A stretch of DNA of 64,000 nt from Bacillota bacterium (GTDB lineage Bacteria; Bacillota; JAAYKD01): contig OY762825.2 in NCBI GenBank assembly GCA_963666425.2, forward strand, positions 288,001 through 352,000, given 5' to 3'. This document shows positions 20,461 through 30,699 of this stretch, in pieces (the first letter of the stretch is position 1; each line of letters starts with the position of its first letter). The position numbers and the translations under genes are program-made. The notes beneath the pieces are model-generated. The model was not told where the DNA came from, ran no database searches, and was given only the letters and a program-made list of their open reading frames with translations.

Positions 20461-20548
20461 CTGATAAAGTGTAATAGAATGCAGATACAGTCAAACCCGG
20501 CTGACAGCCTTTTTATCTGCTGTTGCGACCGGAAAAAGAAATAAAGGA

Positions 20549-21271
20549 GTGAAATCTGTGCTTCGAATTGAACAATTGACTAAAATATACAAAGGCGGCA
20601 AAAAGGCGGTAGATAATCTCAGCTTACACGTAGAGGCGGGGGATATTTATGGTTTTATCGGCCACAACGGGGCTGGTAAGACGACGACATTGCGGGCTTG
20701 TGCCGGAATCATTGAATTTGACCAGGGGAAAATCTCTATCAACGGCCATTCCATCGTGGAAGAACCGGTGCTTTGCAAGCAGCAAATGGCTTTTATTCCG
20801 GACAATCCGGATCTTTATCAATATTTGACCGGCATCCAATATCTTAATTTCATCTGTGACATTTATGGTGTCAGCCAACAGGAGCGGGAACAGCGGATCA
20901 ACGATTACAGCAAACGGCTGGAGTTATACTCAAACTTAGGTGATTTGATCTCTTCTTACTCCCATGGCATGAAACAAAAATTAGCTGTGATTGCGGCCTT
21001 GTCGCACAAGCCTAAGCTTTTGCTCTTGGACGAACCTTTTGTCGGCCTCGATCCCAGCGCATCTTTTTCACTGAAAACGATGATGCAGGAAATATGCGCC
21101 GAGGGCAGTGCGATTTTCTTCTCCACCCATGTTTTGGAAGTGGCTGAAAAACTTTGCAATAAAATAGCCATCATTAAAGACGGTAAACTGATTCGCTCCG
21201 GAACGACTGCGGAAGTTCGCGGTGACGAAAGCCTGGAAACCGTTTTCTTGGAGTTGATTGATCATGAATAA
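20549..21271 (+). CDS. ABC transporter ATP-binding protein
   Basis: GHNGAGKTT, YSHGMKQK, LLLLDEP, FFSTH. Confidence 0.95.
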   Translation: MKSVLRIEQLTKIYKGGKKAVDNLSLHVEAGDIYGFIGHNGAGKTTTLRACAGIIEFDQGKISINGHSIVEEPVLCKQQMAFIPDNPDLYQYLTGIQYLNFICDIYGVSQQEREQRINDYSKRLELYSNLGDLISSYSHGMKQKLAVIAALSHKPKLLLLDEPFVGLDPSASFSLKTMMQEICAEGSAIFFSTHVLEVAEKLCNKIAIIKDGKLIRSGTTAEVRGDESLETVFLELIDHE

Positions 21272-22868
21272 CATATTGTCATTGGTAAAGCTCTATTATA
21301 CCGGTGTCTTGGGCATTAATAAAGTCATTCACAGCAAAGACAAAAAAGAAAAGCGCAATGCGCTTGGTATGTCGGGTATGATTCTCTTCACTGTGGTAAT
21401 CATGATCGTCTATGTCTTTACCTATTGCTTTGGCATTGCGGACAGTTATGGCGTAATCGCCGGGTATCAGGTCATCATCGCCATGATGATGGCGATGACC
21501 AGCGTGATGTGCTTCATCAATACCGCGCTGAAAGGCAGCGGAATGCTATTCCGTTCCCATGATGACGACCTTTTAACTTCTCTGCCCATCTCCTTTGGTC
21601 AATTGATTACAGCTAAACTGATTAACCTCTATTTGTATAATCTGTTTTTTTCCGCTTTCATCATGATTCCCACCGCGATTGTTTACAGTTTGCGGGTTGC
21701 AGTCGGCTTACCCTTCCTGCTTTTTTCAAGCATCGGTATTCTTTGCATACCAATCCTACCAATGATTGTTGCCAGCGGTGTCAGTATTCTGATTGAGCTC
21801 TTCTCCAACCGATTTCGCTATAAGAATCTGATCAATCTGGTTTTAACCTTTGCTTTTGTTAGCCTGATCATGCTCGGTTCTTTCTCGATGCAATCGATGA
21901 GCATGGATAAAATCATTAATTTAGCTGATTTTATCATGCAAAAAATCTACACGCTTTATCCCCTGACAAAACTTTTCACCTTGGCTGTTATCAACAACAA
22001 CACTCTGTATTTGTTGCTCTTTTTTCTCTCTGCTCTGCTGCCCTTTGCGGCATTTGCTTGGCTGACGGCTCGCTATCATAACAAGATCAACGAATTCCTG
22101 ACACCGATCAGCCGTCATACCGAATACCGCGATCAAACCCTGCAAACTTCTTCTGTGCTGCAAGCGCTTTATCGCAAAGATTTGAAATATTACTTTTCCT
22201 GTAATATCTATGTGTTCAATACGATTTTTGCTTCCATCATGATGGTTGGCGCGGCGGTTTACCTCTATCTACAGCGAACGCAGATTCTCTTAGGTTTAGC
22301 TCTCACACCGAAGCTGATCGAAGGTCTCTACGCCTTAGTTCCCATTGCGATTTCTGCCTTCATCGGCATGGCTTGCACGACTTCGGTAGCTCTTTCCTTA
22401 GAAGGACCGATGTATCCTTTTTTAAAAAGCCTGCCGCTGCCGCCAATCCAGGTCTATTTCAGTAAAATCCTGGTGAATTTAACGATCACGCTTCCGGCTG
22501 TGCTGATCTCTGTACCCTTGGTTGCTTTGGCAGTCAAATTATCTCTCTTTCACATCGTAATGAGTTTCCTCATTCCCTGTCTGTTTGCTTTCTTCATGGC
22601 TCAGATGGGTATCTTCGTCAATTTGTATTTTCCGAAATTCGATTGGGCCAGCGAAGTCGTCATGGTCAAACAGAGTTTAAATGTGATCGTGGCCATGCTG
22701 CTGAACTTCCTGATTCTGGCAGCCATGGCGGTCCCTTTGATGAAAACAGCTCCCAGCCTGCATCCCACCTTGCTGCTCGTTGACACCGGTTTGCTTGTTT
22801 TACTCAATGGCGCCCTTTATCGCGGTTTAAAGAGTTGGGGCAGCAAGCTGTTTTACCAAATTGGCTAG
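21264..22868 (+). CDS. ABC-2-type multi-pass permease
   Basis: Many TM segments; LLTSLPI and SLEG...LKSLP internal repeats; overlaps the ATPase stop. Confidence 0.85.
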   Translation: MNNILSLVKLYYTGVLGINKVIHSKDKKEKRNALGMSGMILFTVVIMIVYVFTYCFGIADSYGVIAGYQVIIAMMMAMTSVMCFINTALKGSGMLFRSHDDDLLTSLPISFGQLITAKLINLYLYNLFFSAFIMIPTAIVYSLRVAVGLPFLLFSSIGILCIPILPMIVASGVSILIELFSNRFRYKNLINLVLTFAFVSLIMLGSFSMQSMSMDKIINLADFIMQKIYTLYPLTKLFTLAVINNNTLYLLLFFLSALLPFAAFAWLTARYHNKINEFLTPISRHTEYRDQTLQTSSVLQALYRKDLKYYFSCNIYVFNTIFASIMMVGAAVYLYLQRTQILLGLALTPKLIEGLYALVPIAISAFIGMACTTSVALSLEGPMYPFLKSLPLPPIQVYFSKILVNLTITLPAVLISVPLVALAVKLSLFHIVMSFLIPCLFAFFMAQMGIFVNLYFPKFDWASEVVMVKQSLNVIVAMLLNFLILAAMAVPLMKTAPSLHPTLLLVDTGLLVLLNGALYRGLKSWGSKLFYQIG

Positions 22869-22974
22869 ACTGAAATCGACAAATCTGGATCTCTCCTCAG
22901 AAACATTGAGCATGTTTTACGAAAACCTTTTCTCAAGTGTGTGAAAGTGAATTTGTTGGCCAGCCGCAAAACAT

Positions 22975-23050
22975 AAAAAACCCGGGACACGATTCCGAAG
23001 TGCTTACCGCCTTTTTAGGCAGTAGGACGACAGAATCTTGTCTCGGGTTT
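22975..23050 (-). terminator. Long interrupted hairpin with U-tail between convergent genes
   Basis: AAACCCGGGACAC...TGTCTCGGGTTT outer stem enclosing GATTC/GAATC and an apical stem. Confidence 0.65.
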
Positions 23051-23075
23051 CTTTCGTCTGTAAAACCAGACCAGA

Positions 23076-24287
23076 CTATTTCAACACACGGATGAGGCTA
23101 TCGACCGGGACCGGCTGCGCCATCGGTAAAAATACCATCATCTGAGCGTGCGGTGCTACCGTAATCGGCTGACCTTCCTGATTCAATAAATCTTTGGCGA
23201 TCATTTCCAACCGCTGCATGTCAGGCAGTAAAATTTCCAATCGGTCCCCTGCTGAAAAATGGTTTCTCTGTTCCAGCCAAACGCCCTGATCCGTTGTTTT
23301 GCGCACAATGCCAACGAAGGAAATACCGCGCTGCAGTGGTTCTCCCGTATAACTTTGCGCTTCGGCGCCTGGTTTGCCAAAATAGAAACCGGTCGTGAAG
23401 GCTCGTGTACCGGTCTTTTCAATTTCCTGCAGCCATTGCGGATCATACTGATAATGCTCCGGATCTGCACAATAGAGATCGATGGCGCGGCGATAAACGC
23501 CTATTACAGTCGCCACATAATGCAAACTTTTCATTCTGCCTTCGATTTTCAGGCCCTGTATCCCGCTTTGGATTAATTCAGGCAGATGCTCAATCATACA
23601 AAGGTCACGGGAATAAAAAATCGTGGTGCCGTTCTCATCCTGATTGACTGGAAAATATTCCCCGGGACGGTTTGCTTCCAGCAGATGATAACGCCAACGG
23701 CAAGGTTGCGTGCAGTCGCCGGCATTGGCGTCCCGCCCGGTCAGAAAATTAGAGATCAGGCAGCGTCCGGAATAAGACATGCACATGGCACCATGCACAA
23801 AGCATTCCAGTTCAGCGCTGCAGTTTTCCCGCATCACAGCGATTTCCTGCAAAGATAATTCCCGAGCTAAAATCAGGCGGGAAAACCCTTGCTCCTGCCA
23901 GAATTGTGCCGCGCGGTAATTGACCGTGTTTGCTTGCGTACTGAGGTGATAAGCGGTATGGGGAGCGTATTGTTTCGCGATTTGCAGCACGCCAGGATCG
24001 GAAATAATCAGAGCATCCACCTCAAGGCTCTCGAGCTGCTGCAGATAGGCCGGTAAATCATCAAGCGCATCGCTGTGCGGCATGCTGTTGACCGTGATAT
24101 AAACATGCTTGCCGAAGCGGTGTGCCCAACGGACGCCCTCTGCCAGTTCTTCCGCACTGAAATTGCTGGCTCGTTCCCGCAGACCGTAGCGCATTCCCCC
24201 GCAATAACAGGCATCCGCACCAAAAGCAAAGGCGATTTTCATTTTCTCCAGATCACCGGCCGGAGCCAGCAATTCAGGTTTCTGCAT
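23076..24287 (-). CDS. Peptidase U32 family protein (TrhP-like tRNA hydroxylation)
   Basis: KPELLAPAG, HLSTQAN, CMSYSGRC, CTQPCR, LKIEGRMKS; start re-called to ATG 24287. Confidence 0.9.
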   Translation of the reverse strand: MQKPELLAPAGDLEKMKIAFAFGADACYCGGMRYGLRERASNFSAEELAEGVRWAHRFGKHVYITVNSMPHSDALDDLPAYLQQLESLEVDALIISDPGVLQIAKQYAPHTAYHLSTQANTVNYRAAQFWQEQGFSRLILARELSLQEIAVMRENCSAELECFVHGAMCMSYSGRCLISNFLTGRDANAGDCTQPCRWRYHLLEANRPGEYFPVNQDENGTTIFYSRDLCMIEHLPELIQSGIQGLKIEGRMKSLHYVATVIGVYRRAIDLYCADPEHYQYDPQWLQEIEKTGTRAFTTGFYFGKPGAEAQSYTGEPLQRGISFVGIVRKTTDQGVWLEQRNHFSAGDRLEILLPDMQRLEMIAKDLLNQEGQPITVAPHAQMMVFLPMAQPVPVDSLIRVLK

Positions 24288-24294
24288 AATATGA

Positions 24295-25296
24295 TCACTC
24301 TCCGTAAATTTTGTTCGTCCAATAGAGATGTTCTTCATAGGTTTTGCTAAAATGATGCGTGCCGTCGGTATCAGCAACGAAATAATAATAATCGCTGACT
24401 GCCGGATGCAGCACCGCTTCAATGGCAGCAAGACTCGGATTCGCTACCGGCCCAGCTGGTAGGCCAGCATAAAGATAAGTATTATAAGGTGAATCAATTT
24501 CAGTATCGGCTATACTGAGTATGACTTTATGTTCCTTCAAGATATACTGTACCGTAGCGCAGGATTGCAGCGGCATGCCAATCGCCAGACGGTTGAAAAA
24601 GACGCTGGCAACCAAAGCGCGCTCTTCGGCATTTTGCGATTCTTTTTCAATGATGGAAGCCAGGGTAATAATTTCATCGCGGCTAAGCGTACAGTCCGTA
24701 GGAATCACAACTTCTTCCTGCATGACTTTGTCAAATTGTGCCCGTAATAAATCAATGATATCTGTTGCTGTCATATACTTCGCTAAATAATAAGTTTCCG
24801 GATAAAGATAACCTTCCAATGCGTAGATTACCTCCGGCGAAGCATCCGTCCGCTGATAGGTCCTGATGGCATCCAGAAACTGTGTTTTTGTCACCACACC
24901 GGTCTTCTCTACCAAGACAGCCAATTCATCGATGGTGGTTCCCTCAGGGATCGTCAGAGCATAGGCGTTCAAGATCATATCTCCCGTCACCATTTTATTA
25001 AGAATGGTATTGACCGACATGGCAGCCTTGATTTCATAACTCCCTGCTATGATACGGTTGCTTTTTCCGCTCAGATGAGCACTGATGCTAAACGCAGTGC
25101 TGCTGCGAATTAAGCCAGCATTTTTCAGGCCCACTGCGATCACACTAACGCTATCTCCCGGTTTTACCTCAAAGATCTCTTCTGCCGCGTTGTTGTTGGG
25201 TGAAAGCAAAAAAGCAAAGATCGCAAGCAACGAAAGCAAGAAAATTGAGAGCAAAAAAATCGCCCTGTATCTTTTTTTATTGGCAGCAAATTTCAT
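24295..25296 (-). CDS. mltG: Endolytic transglycosylase MltG
   Basis: LTIPEG, LEGYLYPETY, LASIIEKE, SPYNTY...GLPAGP. Confidence 0.95.
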   Translation of the reverse strand: MKFAANKKRYRAIFLLSIFLLSLLAIFAFLLSPNNNAAEEIFEVKPGDSVSVIAVGLKNAGLIRSSTAFSISAHLSGKSNRIIAGSYEIKAAMSVNTILNKMVTGDMILNAYALTIPEGTTIDELAVLVEKTGVVTKTQFLDAIRTYQRTDASPEVIYALEGYLYPETYYLAKYMTATDIIDLLRAQFDKVMQEEVVIPTDCTLSRDEIITLASIIEKESQNAEERALVASVFFNRLAIGMPLQSCATVQYILKEHKVILSIADTEIDSPYNTYLYAGLPAGPVANPSLAAIEAVLHPAVSDYYYFVADTDGTHHFSKTYEEHLYWTNKIYGE

Positions 25297-25391
25297 TTTT
25301 TCACGTTCCTTATCCTGCAGTTTTTTGTAACAATTTTTCTAATTGCACAGAGACCGCCCAGAATCCTTTATTAGCAAAAAATCGTGCGAAG

Positions 25392-25431
25392 AAAAACCCG
25401 ATTTGCATGATAACTCATACAAACCGGGTTT
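25392..25431 (-). terminator. Probable terminator after the DUF1292 gene
   Basis: AAACCCGATTTGCATGA...TCATACAAACCGGGTTT stem (G-U pairs on the minus strand) with U-run. Confidence 0.7.
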
Positions 25432-25448
25432 CAGCAAGCAATCGAAGA

Positions 25449-25805
25449 TTATTTCTTCTCTTCTTCTTCGTCTTCGTCTTCGCTGTCTTCGGCAACTAAT
25501 TCTTCCCAAGCAGCGACCACTTTGTTCCATTCGTCTTCATCGGTAATATCTACCAAGACGTCTTCGTCGTTTTCGTCGGCTTCAATACGAAGGATTACAG
25601 CTTCATCATCATCGTCGCCTTCCAACGGGAAGAGAACAGCATATTCCTGTTCTTCGATTTCAATGATTTCCACTAATTCAAATTCGTGTTCTTCGCCTTC
25701 ATCGTCGACTAAAGTAACAACTTCCATCTCTTCGTCTTCGTGTTCGCAATTGCATTCGGCATCTTCACAGCCGCAGGAGCAAGTAGGTTTTTTTTCGTCG
25801 GGCAT
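25449..25805 (-). CDS. DUF1292 domain protein with Cys/His-rich N-terminus
   Basis: VTLVDDEGEEHEFE...YAVL...DEDEWNKV; very acidic; usual neighbour of ruvX. Confidence 0.9.
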   Translation of the reverse strand: MPDEKKPTCSCGCEDAECNCEHEDEEMEVVTLVDDEGEEHEFELVEIIEIEEQEYAVLFPLEGDDDDEAVILRIEADENDEDVLVDITDEDEWNKVVAAWEELVAEDSEDEDEEEEKK

Positions 25806-25910
25806 TTTGTGCACCTTCCATTTCTGAATTTTTCTGTAAATTTCAACTTCACTTTAATCGGCAAAGTAAAAACAGTAGATTTCTATTTTGAGCTTTACTG
25901 ACTGAGCATC

Positions 25911-25939
25911 ATTTTACCATAGTAAATTCTGGTTGTCAA
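25911..25939 (-). promoter_or_regulatory. Sigma-A promoter for the DUF1292 gene
   Basis: TTGACA-N17-TAAAAT with extended TG. Confidence 0.7.
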
Positions 25940-25961
25940 TGCAAAAAAACCGTTTATCCAC

Positions 25962-26381
25962 TTAGAGGGAATCCATGTAGGACTGCAGAATCAGCGCGGC
26001 TGCCATCTTATCAATTACTTGCTTGCGCTTTTTGCGGGAGACATTGGCGGAAATTAAGAATTGCCGGGCACTCTTCGTGGTCAATCGTTCATCCCAAAAA
26101 AGCACGGGAAGAGCAAATCGTTCTGTCAGCTGCGCAGCAAATTCCTGGCTAAATACAGCCTGAGCTCCGATGCTGTTGTCCATATTTTTGGGCAGCCCAA
26201 CAACAAAGGCTGTGACCGCATATTGTTCTACCAGTTCCTGCAATCGGCCAAAATCATGTTCCGGATCGCTGCGGCGGATGACTTCCACCCCTTGCGCTGT
26301 GATCCCCAGCAAATCGGATACCGCTATGCCAATCGTATTACTGCCAACATCCAGTCCCATCAGGCGATTTGCAAATGTCAT
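25962..26381 (-). CDS. ruvX: YqgF/RuvX nuclease
   Basis: MGLDVGS..IGIAVSD, VVGLP, WDERLTT, IDKMAA. Confidence 0.95.
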   Translation of the reverse strand: MTFANRLMGLDVGSNTIGIAVSDLLGITAQGVEVIRRSDPEHDFGRLQELVEQYAVTAFVVGLPKNMDNSIGAQAVFSQEFAAQLTERFALPVLFWDERLTTKSARQFLISANVSRKKRKQVIDKMAAALILQSYMDSL

Positions 26382-26668
26382 ATTTTCTCATTTTCCTGTG
26401 GTTGATCCAATGGTTTTTGTTTTAAGTAGAAGCGAACCAATTCCTCCAAAACTTCATCCCGGTTCACAGTTCGGATTAAATTTCTGGCTCCTTTATGACT
26501 TGTGATATAAGCCGGATCACCGGAAAGAATGTAACCAACAATTTGATCAATTGGATTATAATTTTTCTCTTTTAAGGCTAGATTCACCTCGGCTAAAATA
26601 GTATGGATGCTTTTCTCTTCATTCTCCATTCCTTTGAAGCGCATGGTCTGATTATGAATGTCACTCAT
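26378..26668 (-). CDS. IreB/ReoM (DUF965) regulatory phosphoprotein
   Basis: QTMRF; [20 protein letters not shown]. Confidence 0.93.
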   Translation of the reverse strand: MSDIHNQTMRFKGMENEEKSIHTILAEVNLALKEKNYNPIDQIVGYILSGDPAYITSHKGARNLIRTVNRDEVLEELVRFYLKQKPLDQPQENEKI

Positions 26669-26758
26669 CGTATCAACCTCCTATTCTTTCGATTCGATTT
26701 GGTAAGGTGTAATTCCTCTCAAATCCAATTGGTATCGATATGAAATTTCTGTATTGCC

Positions 26759-28003
26759 TTAACTCTCACTCTGCAAATGCAGCGCGATTTCCAAAATGGC
26801 CAGTTTGATATGTTCATAGGTCAAGCCACCCTGAACATAGACCGTATAGGGAGCACGCAGCGGCGCATCCGCGCTGAGTTCAATGGAAGCGCCTTGCACA
26901 AACGTGCCGGCCGCCATGATCACCTGATGACTGTAACCCGGCATGTCCCAAGGTTCCGGCACCACATGCGCGTCGACCGGTGAAACCCGTTGCACCGCCC
27001 GGCAGAATTCGATCAGCGGTTTGCTGTCTGGAAAGCGAATTGCCTGAATGATATCGCTGCGCTCCGATTGCCAAGCCGGCGATACATCATAACCGAGTTC
27101 CTGCATGACAAAACCCAGCAAATGCATCCCCTTCACTGCCTGCGCGACCGTGTGCGGGGCTAGAAACAAACCCTGAAACATCAAGCGCTGGCTGTCGCCA
27201 AAGCTGGAGCCCATTTCCAAACCCAAACCGGGCATGCTGTAACGCGAAGCAGCCGCTGCAATCAATTCCTGAGTGCCGGCCAGATAACCGCCGCCGGGCG
27301 CTAAGCCGCCGCCGGGATTCTTGATTAACGATCCAGCAATCAGATCGGCGCCAACATCCGTTGGCTCCAGCAAATCGGTAAATTCACCATAACAGTTGTC
27401 AATAATCACTCGGGTTGTCGGCTGAAGTGCTTTGACTGCTTGGATCGCAAGCTTGATTTCGGCGATGCTGAAAGCATTGCGCCATTCATAACCGCGGGAG
27501 CGCTGAATCAGAACCGCTTTGACATCCGGCGTCAAGACAGCGGCGATGCCCGCAAGGTCAATCTGTTGCTCGGCATCAAGGTCCAGTTGCTTGTAACCGA
27601 TGCCGTAGGCTTTTAGGCTGCCCGCAGCGGACCCCTCCAAACCGATGACCTGCCGCATGGTATCATAAGGCAGCCCGGTCAGCGAAAGCAGACTGTCTCC
27701 CGGGAGTAACGCCGCAAAAAGTGCGGTGCCAACCGCGTGGGTACCGGAAACAAATTGCCCCCGCACCAAAGCGGCTTCGGTATGAAAGACCTTGGCATAG
27801 ACTTGATCCAATACTTCTCTGCCAACATTGCCGTAACCGTAACCGGTGGCCGGCTGCAGATGAAAATCCGAAACCTGACAGGTTCGCATCGCCTGCAAAA
27901 CCTTGCTTTGATTCTGCAAAGCGATTTTGTCCATCCGCTGAAATAGGAGTCTTAAACGCTCTTCCCCGCGCAGGATAATTCCTTCTATGTTTTCTTTAGT
28001 CAT
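26759..28003 (-). CDS. YnbB-like PLP enzyme (methionine gamma-lyase / aluminium-resistance family)
   Basis: TGYGY, VSGTHA, QRSRGY, DNCYGEF, GSLIKNPGGG. Confidence 0.9.
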   Translation of the reverse strand: MTKENIEGIILRGEERLRLLFQRMDKIALQNQSKVLQAMRTCQVSDFHLQPATGYGYGNVGREVLDQVYAKVFHTEAALVRGQFVSGTHAVGTALFAALLPGDSLLSLTGLPYDTMRQVIGLEGSAAGSLKAYGIGYKQLDLDAEQQIDLAGIAAVLTPDVKAVLIQRSRGYEWRNAFSIAEIKLAIQAVKALQPTTRVIIDNCYGEFTDLLEPTDVGADLIAGSLIKNPGGGLAPGGGYLAGTQELIAAAASRYSMPGLGLEMGSSFGDSQRLMFQGLFLAPHTVAQAVKGMHLLGFVMQELGYDVSPAWQSERSDIIQAIRFPDSKPLIEFCRAVQRVSPVDAHVVPEPWDMPGYSHQVIMAAGTFVQGASIELSADAPLRAPYTVYVQGGLTYEHIKLAILEIALHLQSES

Positions 28004-29288
28004 GCTCTGTTTCCTTACTCTGTTGTAAGCGGCTCAGGATACGCTCCTTAAATGCTTCGTTGCTCTCCAATAGGAGATGCATGCCGTCTTCTTCGGCTGT
28101 CCGCTGCAAAATCGTCGCATTTTCATGAATTAAGTTCAGCAGTTCTCCCTCCTGATAAGAGATGATCACCGCATAAACCGGCCGCTGGCTGGCGAAATAA
28201 TCCTGAATTGCCTGCAGCAGCTGTTCTTTGCCCTGGTTCTCTTTCACCGACACGGCTACCGCACTGGGGTATTCTGCCATGACTTTTTCTAAGACTGACG
28301 GTGTGGTCAGCGCATCGATTTTATTGAAGACGGGAATGATGGTCTGGGTTACCTTCAGCTCTTTCAGGAGATCGATGCAGGTATGCATTTGTTCTTCGTA
28401 ATTATTATCGCTAATATCGATCACATGCAGCAGCAGATCGGCATACTGCAGTTCATCCAGCGTAGAACGGAAAGCCGCAATCAGCTGATGCGGCAGATCA
28501 TGAATGAAACCAACCGTATCGGAAAGCAGAATTTCACGCTTATTGTTCAGACTGAAAGTCCGCGTGACAGAATCCAGGGTGGCGAATAACTTATTTTCCG
28601 CTAATACATTGCTGCCGCTGAGCCAATTTAAGATGCTGCTCTTGCCGGCGTTGGTATACCCCACCAAAGCAACCACTGACATGCAGCTGCGTTGACGCGC
28701 CCCTTTGATGACCTGCCGGCGCTTGCCGACTTCGTCGATTTCTTTCTGCAGAAAATTGATGCGGTCGCGAATAGTCCGTCTGTCCTGCTCCAGCTTGCTT
28801 TCACCGGGACCGCGTGTGCCGATACCGCCGCCTAAGCGGGATAAGGAACTGCCCATACCAGCCAAACGGGGTAAGGTATAATTCATCTGCGCCAATTCCA
28901 CCTGCAATTTGCCTTCGCTGCTTTGCGCACGCTGGGCGAAGATATCCAGAATCAGCTGATTGCGGTCGAGAACACGGCAAGTGATCACTTCACTGATGTT
29001 CCTTAATTGGGATGGGCTCAGCTCATCGTTGAAAATCACCAGATCTGCCTGCATTTCTTCGGCGTAGAGACCGATTTCCTCAGTTTTACCTTTGCCGATA
29101 TAAAAAGCGCTGTCCGGGTGCGGCAATCTTTGAATAAATGTCTGCAGCACTTCAGCACCGGCCGTATCTGCCAGTGCAGCCAATTCCTTGATGCTTTCGT
29201 TGATATCCCAACTTTGCTTTGGCAGCTGTAAAGCAACCAAAATGGCGATTTCTTTTTTATTTTCTTCTGTGTTTTGTGTTGTTTTCAT
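27996..29288 (-). CDS. hflX: GTPase HflX
   Basis: GGGIGTRGPGE, GYTNAGKS, LFATLD, DTVGF, NKID. Confidence 0.96.
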   Translation of the reverse strand: MKTTQNTEENKKEIAILVALQLPKQSWDINESIKELAALADTAGAEVLQTFIQRLPHPDSAFYIGKGKTEEIGLYAEEMQADLVIFNDELSPSQLRNISEVITCRVLDRNQLILDIFAQRAQSSEGKLQVELAQMNYTLPRLAGMGSSLSRLGGGIGTRGPGESKLEQDRRTIRDRINFLQKEIDEVGKRRQVIKGARQRSCMSVVALVGYTNAGKSSILNWLSGSNVLAENKLFATLDSVTRTFSLNNKREILLSDTVGFIHDLPHQLIAAFRSTLDELQYADLLLHVIDISDNNYEEQMHTCIDLLKELKVTQTIIPVFNKIDALTTPSVLEKVMAEYPSAVAVSVKENQGKEQLLQAIQDYFASQRPVYAVIISYQEGELLNLIHENATILQRTAEEDGMHLLLESNEAFKERILSRLQQSKETEHD

Positions 29289-29428
29289 AAATTCCTTTCC
29301 TTTGGCAGGGACTCTGTTCCCGTTCTGCTGCAATAGTTGCTCATCAATATCGTTCTATCTATTTTATATTCGACTCCTTGAGTCCAAATCCCTTTTCGAA
29401 CGGATCAGGCAGAATATGACTCTAGAAC

Positions 29429-29457
29429 TTTACATTTGTTAAAATCTGATGTAAAAT
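29429..29457 (+). promoter_or_regulatory. Sigma-A promoter for the oxidoreductase operon
   Basis: TTTACA-N17-TAAAAT; TTTACAT...ATGTAAA inverted repeat overlaps both boxes. Confidence 0.55.
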
Positions 29458-29529
29458 CCCCTTAGAATTCGTTTGACGTCATACGCTGTGATTACTTTTT
29501 TAGGTGATGAAAGAAAGGTGGGAAAAGGA

Positions 29530-30612
29530 ATGGCGAAATTGAAAGTTGGAATCATCGGCTGCGGCGGTATCGCCAATGGCAAGCATTTGCCGGCATTAGC
29601 TAAAAATCAGGATGTAGAAATGGTGGCTTTCTGCGATATCATCTTGGAGCGAGCTGAAAAAGCGGCTCTGGAATATGGCACCCCATCTGCGAAGATTTAT
29701 CGAGACTACAAAGAATTATTGGCGGATCCACAAATTGATGTGGTTCATGTGTTAACCCCCAACCGCGAACACAGCTTTATTTCCATCGATGCTCTCTACG
29801 CCGGCAAACACGTTTTGTGCGAAAAACCAATGGCCAAAAGTTACAACGAAGCGAAACAAATGTTGGAAGCAGCGCAAGCAACCGGAAAATTACTTTCCAT
29901 CGGTTATCAAACCAGATGCAGCGCGGCTTCGCTTTATTTGAAAAGCGCATGCGAAGCCGGCGAATTGGGAGAAATCTATTTTGCCAAAGCACATGCCATT
30001 CGCCGCCGCGCGGTACCGACTTGGGGTGTCTTTCTCAACGAAGAAGAGCAAGGCGGCGGTCCTTTGATCGATATCGGCACGCATGCCTTGGATCTCACGC
30101 TTTGGCTGATGGATAACTACCAACCGCAGCTGGTGGTTGGCACGACTTATCATAAGCTGGCTGATCAGCGTCAGACGGCCAATGCCTGGGGTGACTGGGA
30201 TCCGCAAGAATTCACAGTTGAGGATTCCGCCTTTGGTTTTATTAAGATGCAAAATGGTGCCACCATCATCTTGGAATCCAGTTGGGCTCTGAATACCCTG
30301 GACGTGAAAGAAGCGAAATGCAGTCTGTGCGGCAGCAAAGCCGGGGCTGACATGGAAAACGGGGTTCGAATCAATGGAGTCAAATTTGGTAAACAATACA
30401 TTGAAGAACCGAATTTGAAGAGTGGCGGGGTAGCTTTTTATGAGGGAGATGCGAATATTACTCCAGAAGATCTGGAAAATCGTAATTTCTATGATGCAAT
30501 CCTCTACGGCAAAGAACTGCGCGTCAAACCGGAACAGGCCCTTGTGGTGACCCGCATTCTGGAAGCTATTTACGAATCCGCCAAAAGCGGCAAAGCCGTT
30601 TATTTTAACTAA
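29530..30612 (+). CDS. Gfo/Idh/MocA family oxidoreductase
   Basis: GIIGCGGIA, HVLCEKPMA, GGGPLIDIGTH. Confidence 0.95.
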   Translation: MAKLKVGIIGCGGIANGKHLPALAKNQDVEMVAFCDIILERAEKAALEYGTPSAKIYRDYKELLADPQIDVVHVLTPNREHSFISIDALYAGKHVLCEKPMAKSYNEAKQMLEAAQATGKLLSIGYQTRCSAASLYLKSACEAGELGEIYFAKAHAIRRRAVPTWGVFLNEEEQGGGPLIDIGTHALDLTLWLMDNYQPQLVVGTTYHKLADQRQTANAWGDWDPQEFTVEDSAFGFIKMQNGATIILESSWALNTLDVKEAKCSLCGSKAGADMENGVRINGVKFGKQYIEEPNLKSGGVAFYEGDANITPEDLENRNFYDAILYGKELRVKPEQALVVTRILEAIYESAKSGKAVYFN

Positions 30613-30699
30613 AGATTCAGTCAGCCTCTCACTGCAGCAACGGCAAAAAAAAACGACCGTTTGCAGCCTGCGTTGATTTTTGATGAAAAGGATGGTGTT

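Noticed and set aside
24288-24431. 48-aa N-terminal extension of the U32 peptidase in the ORF track
   Set aside because: It overlaps mltG; the family N-terminus (KPELLAPAG) begins at ATG 24287 with its own RBS.
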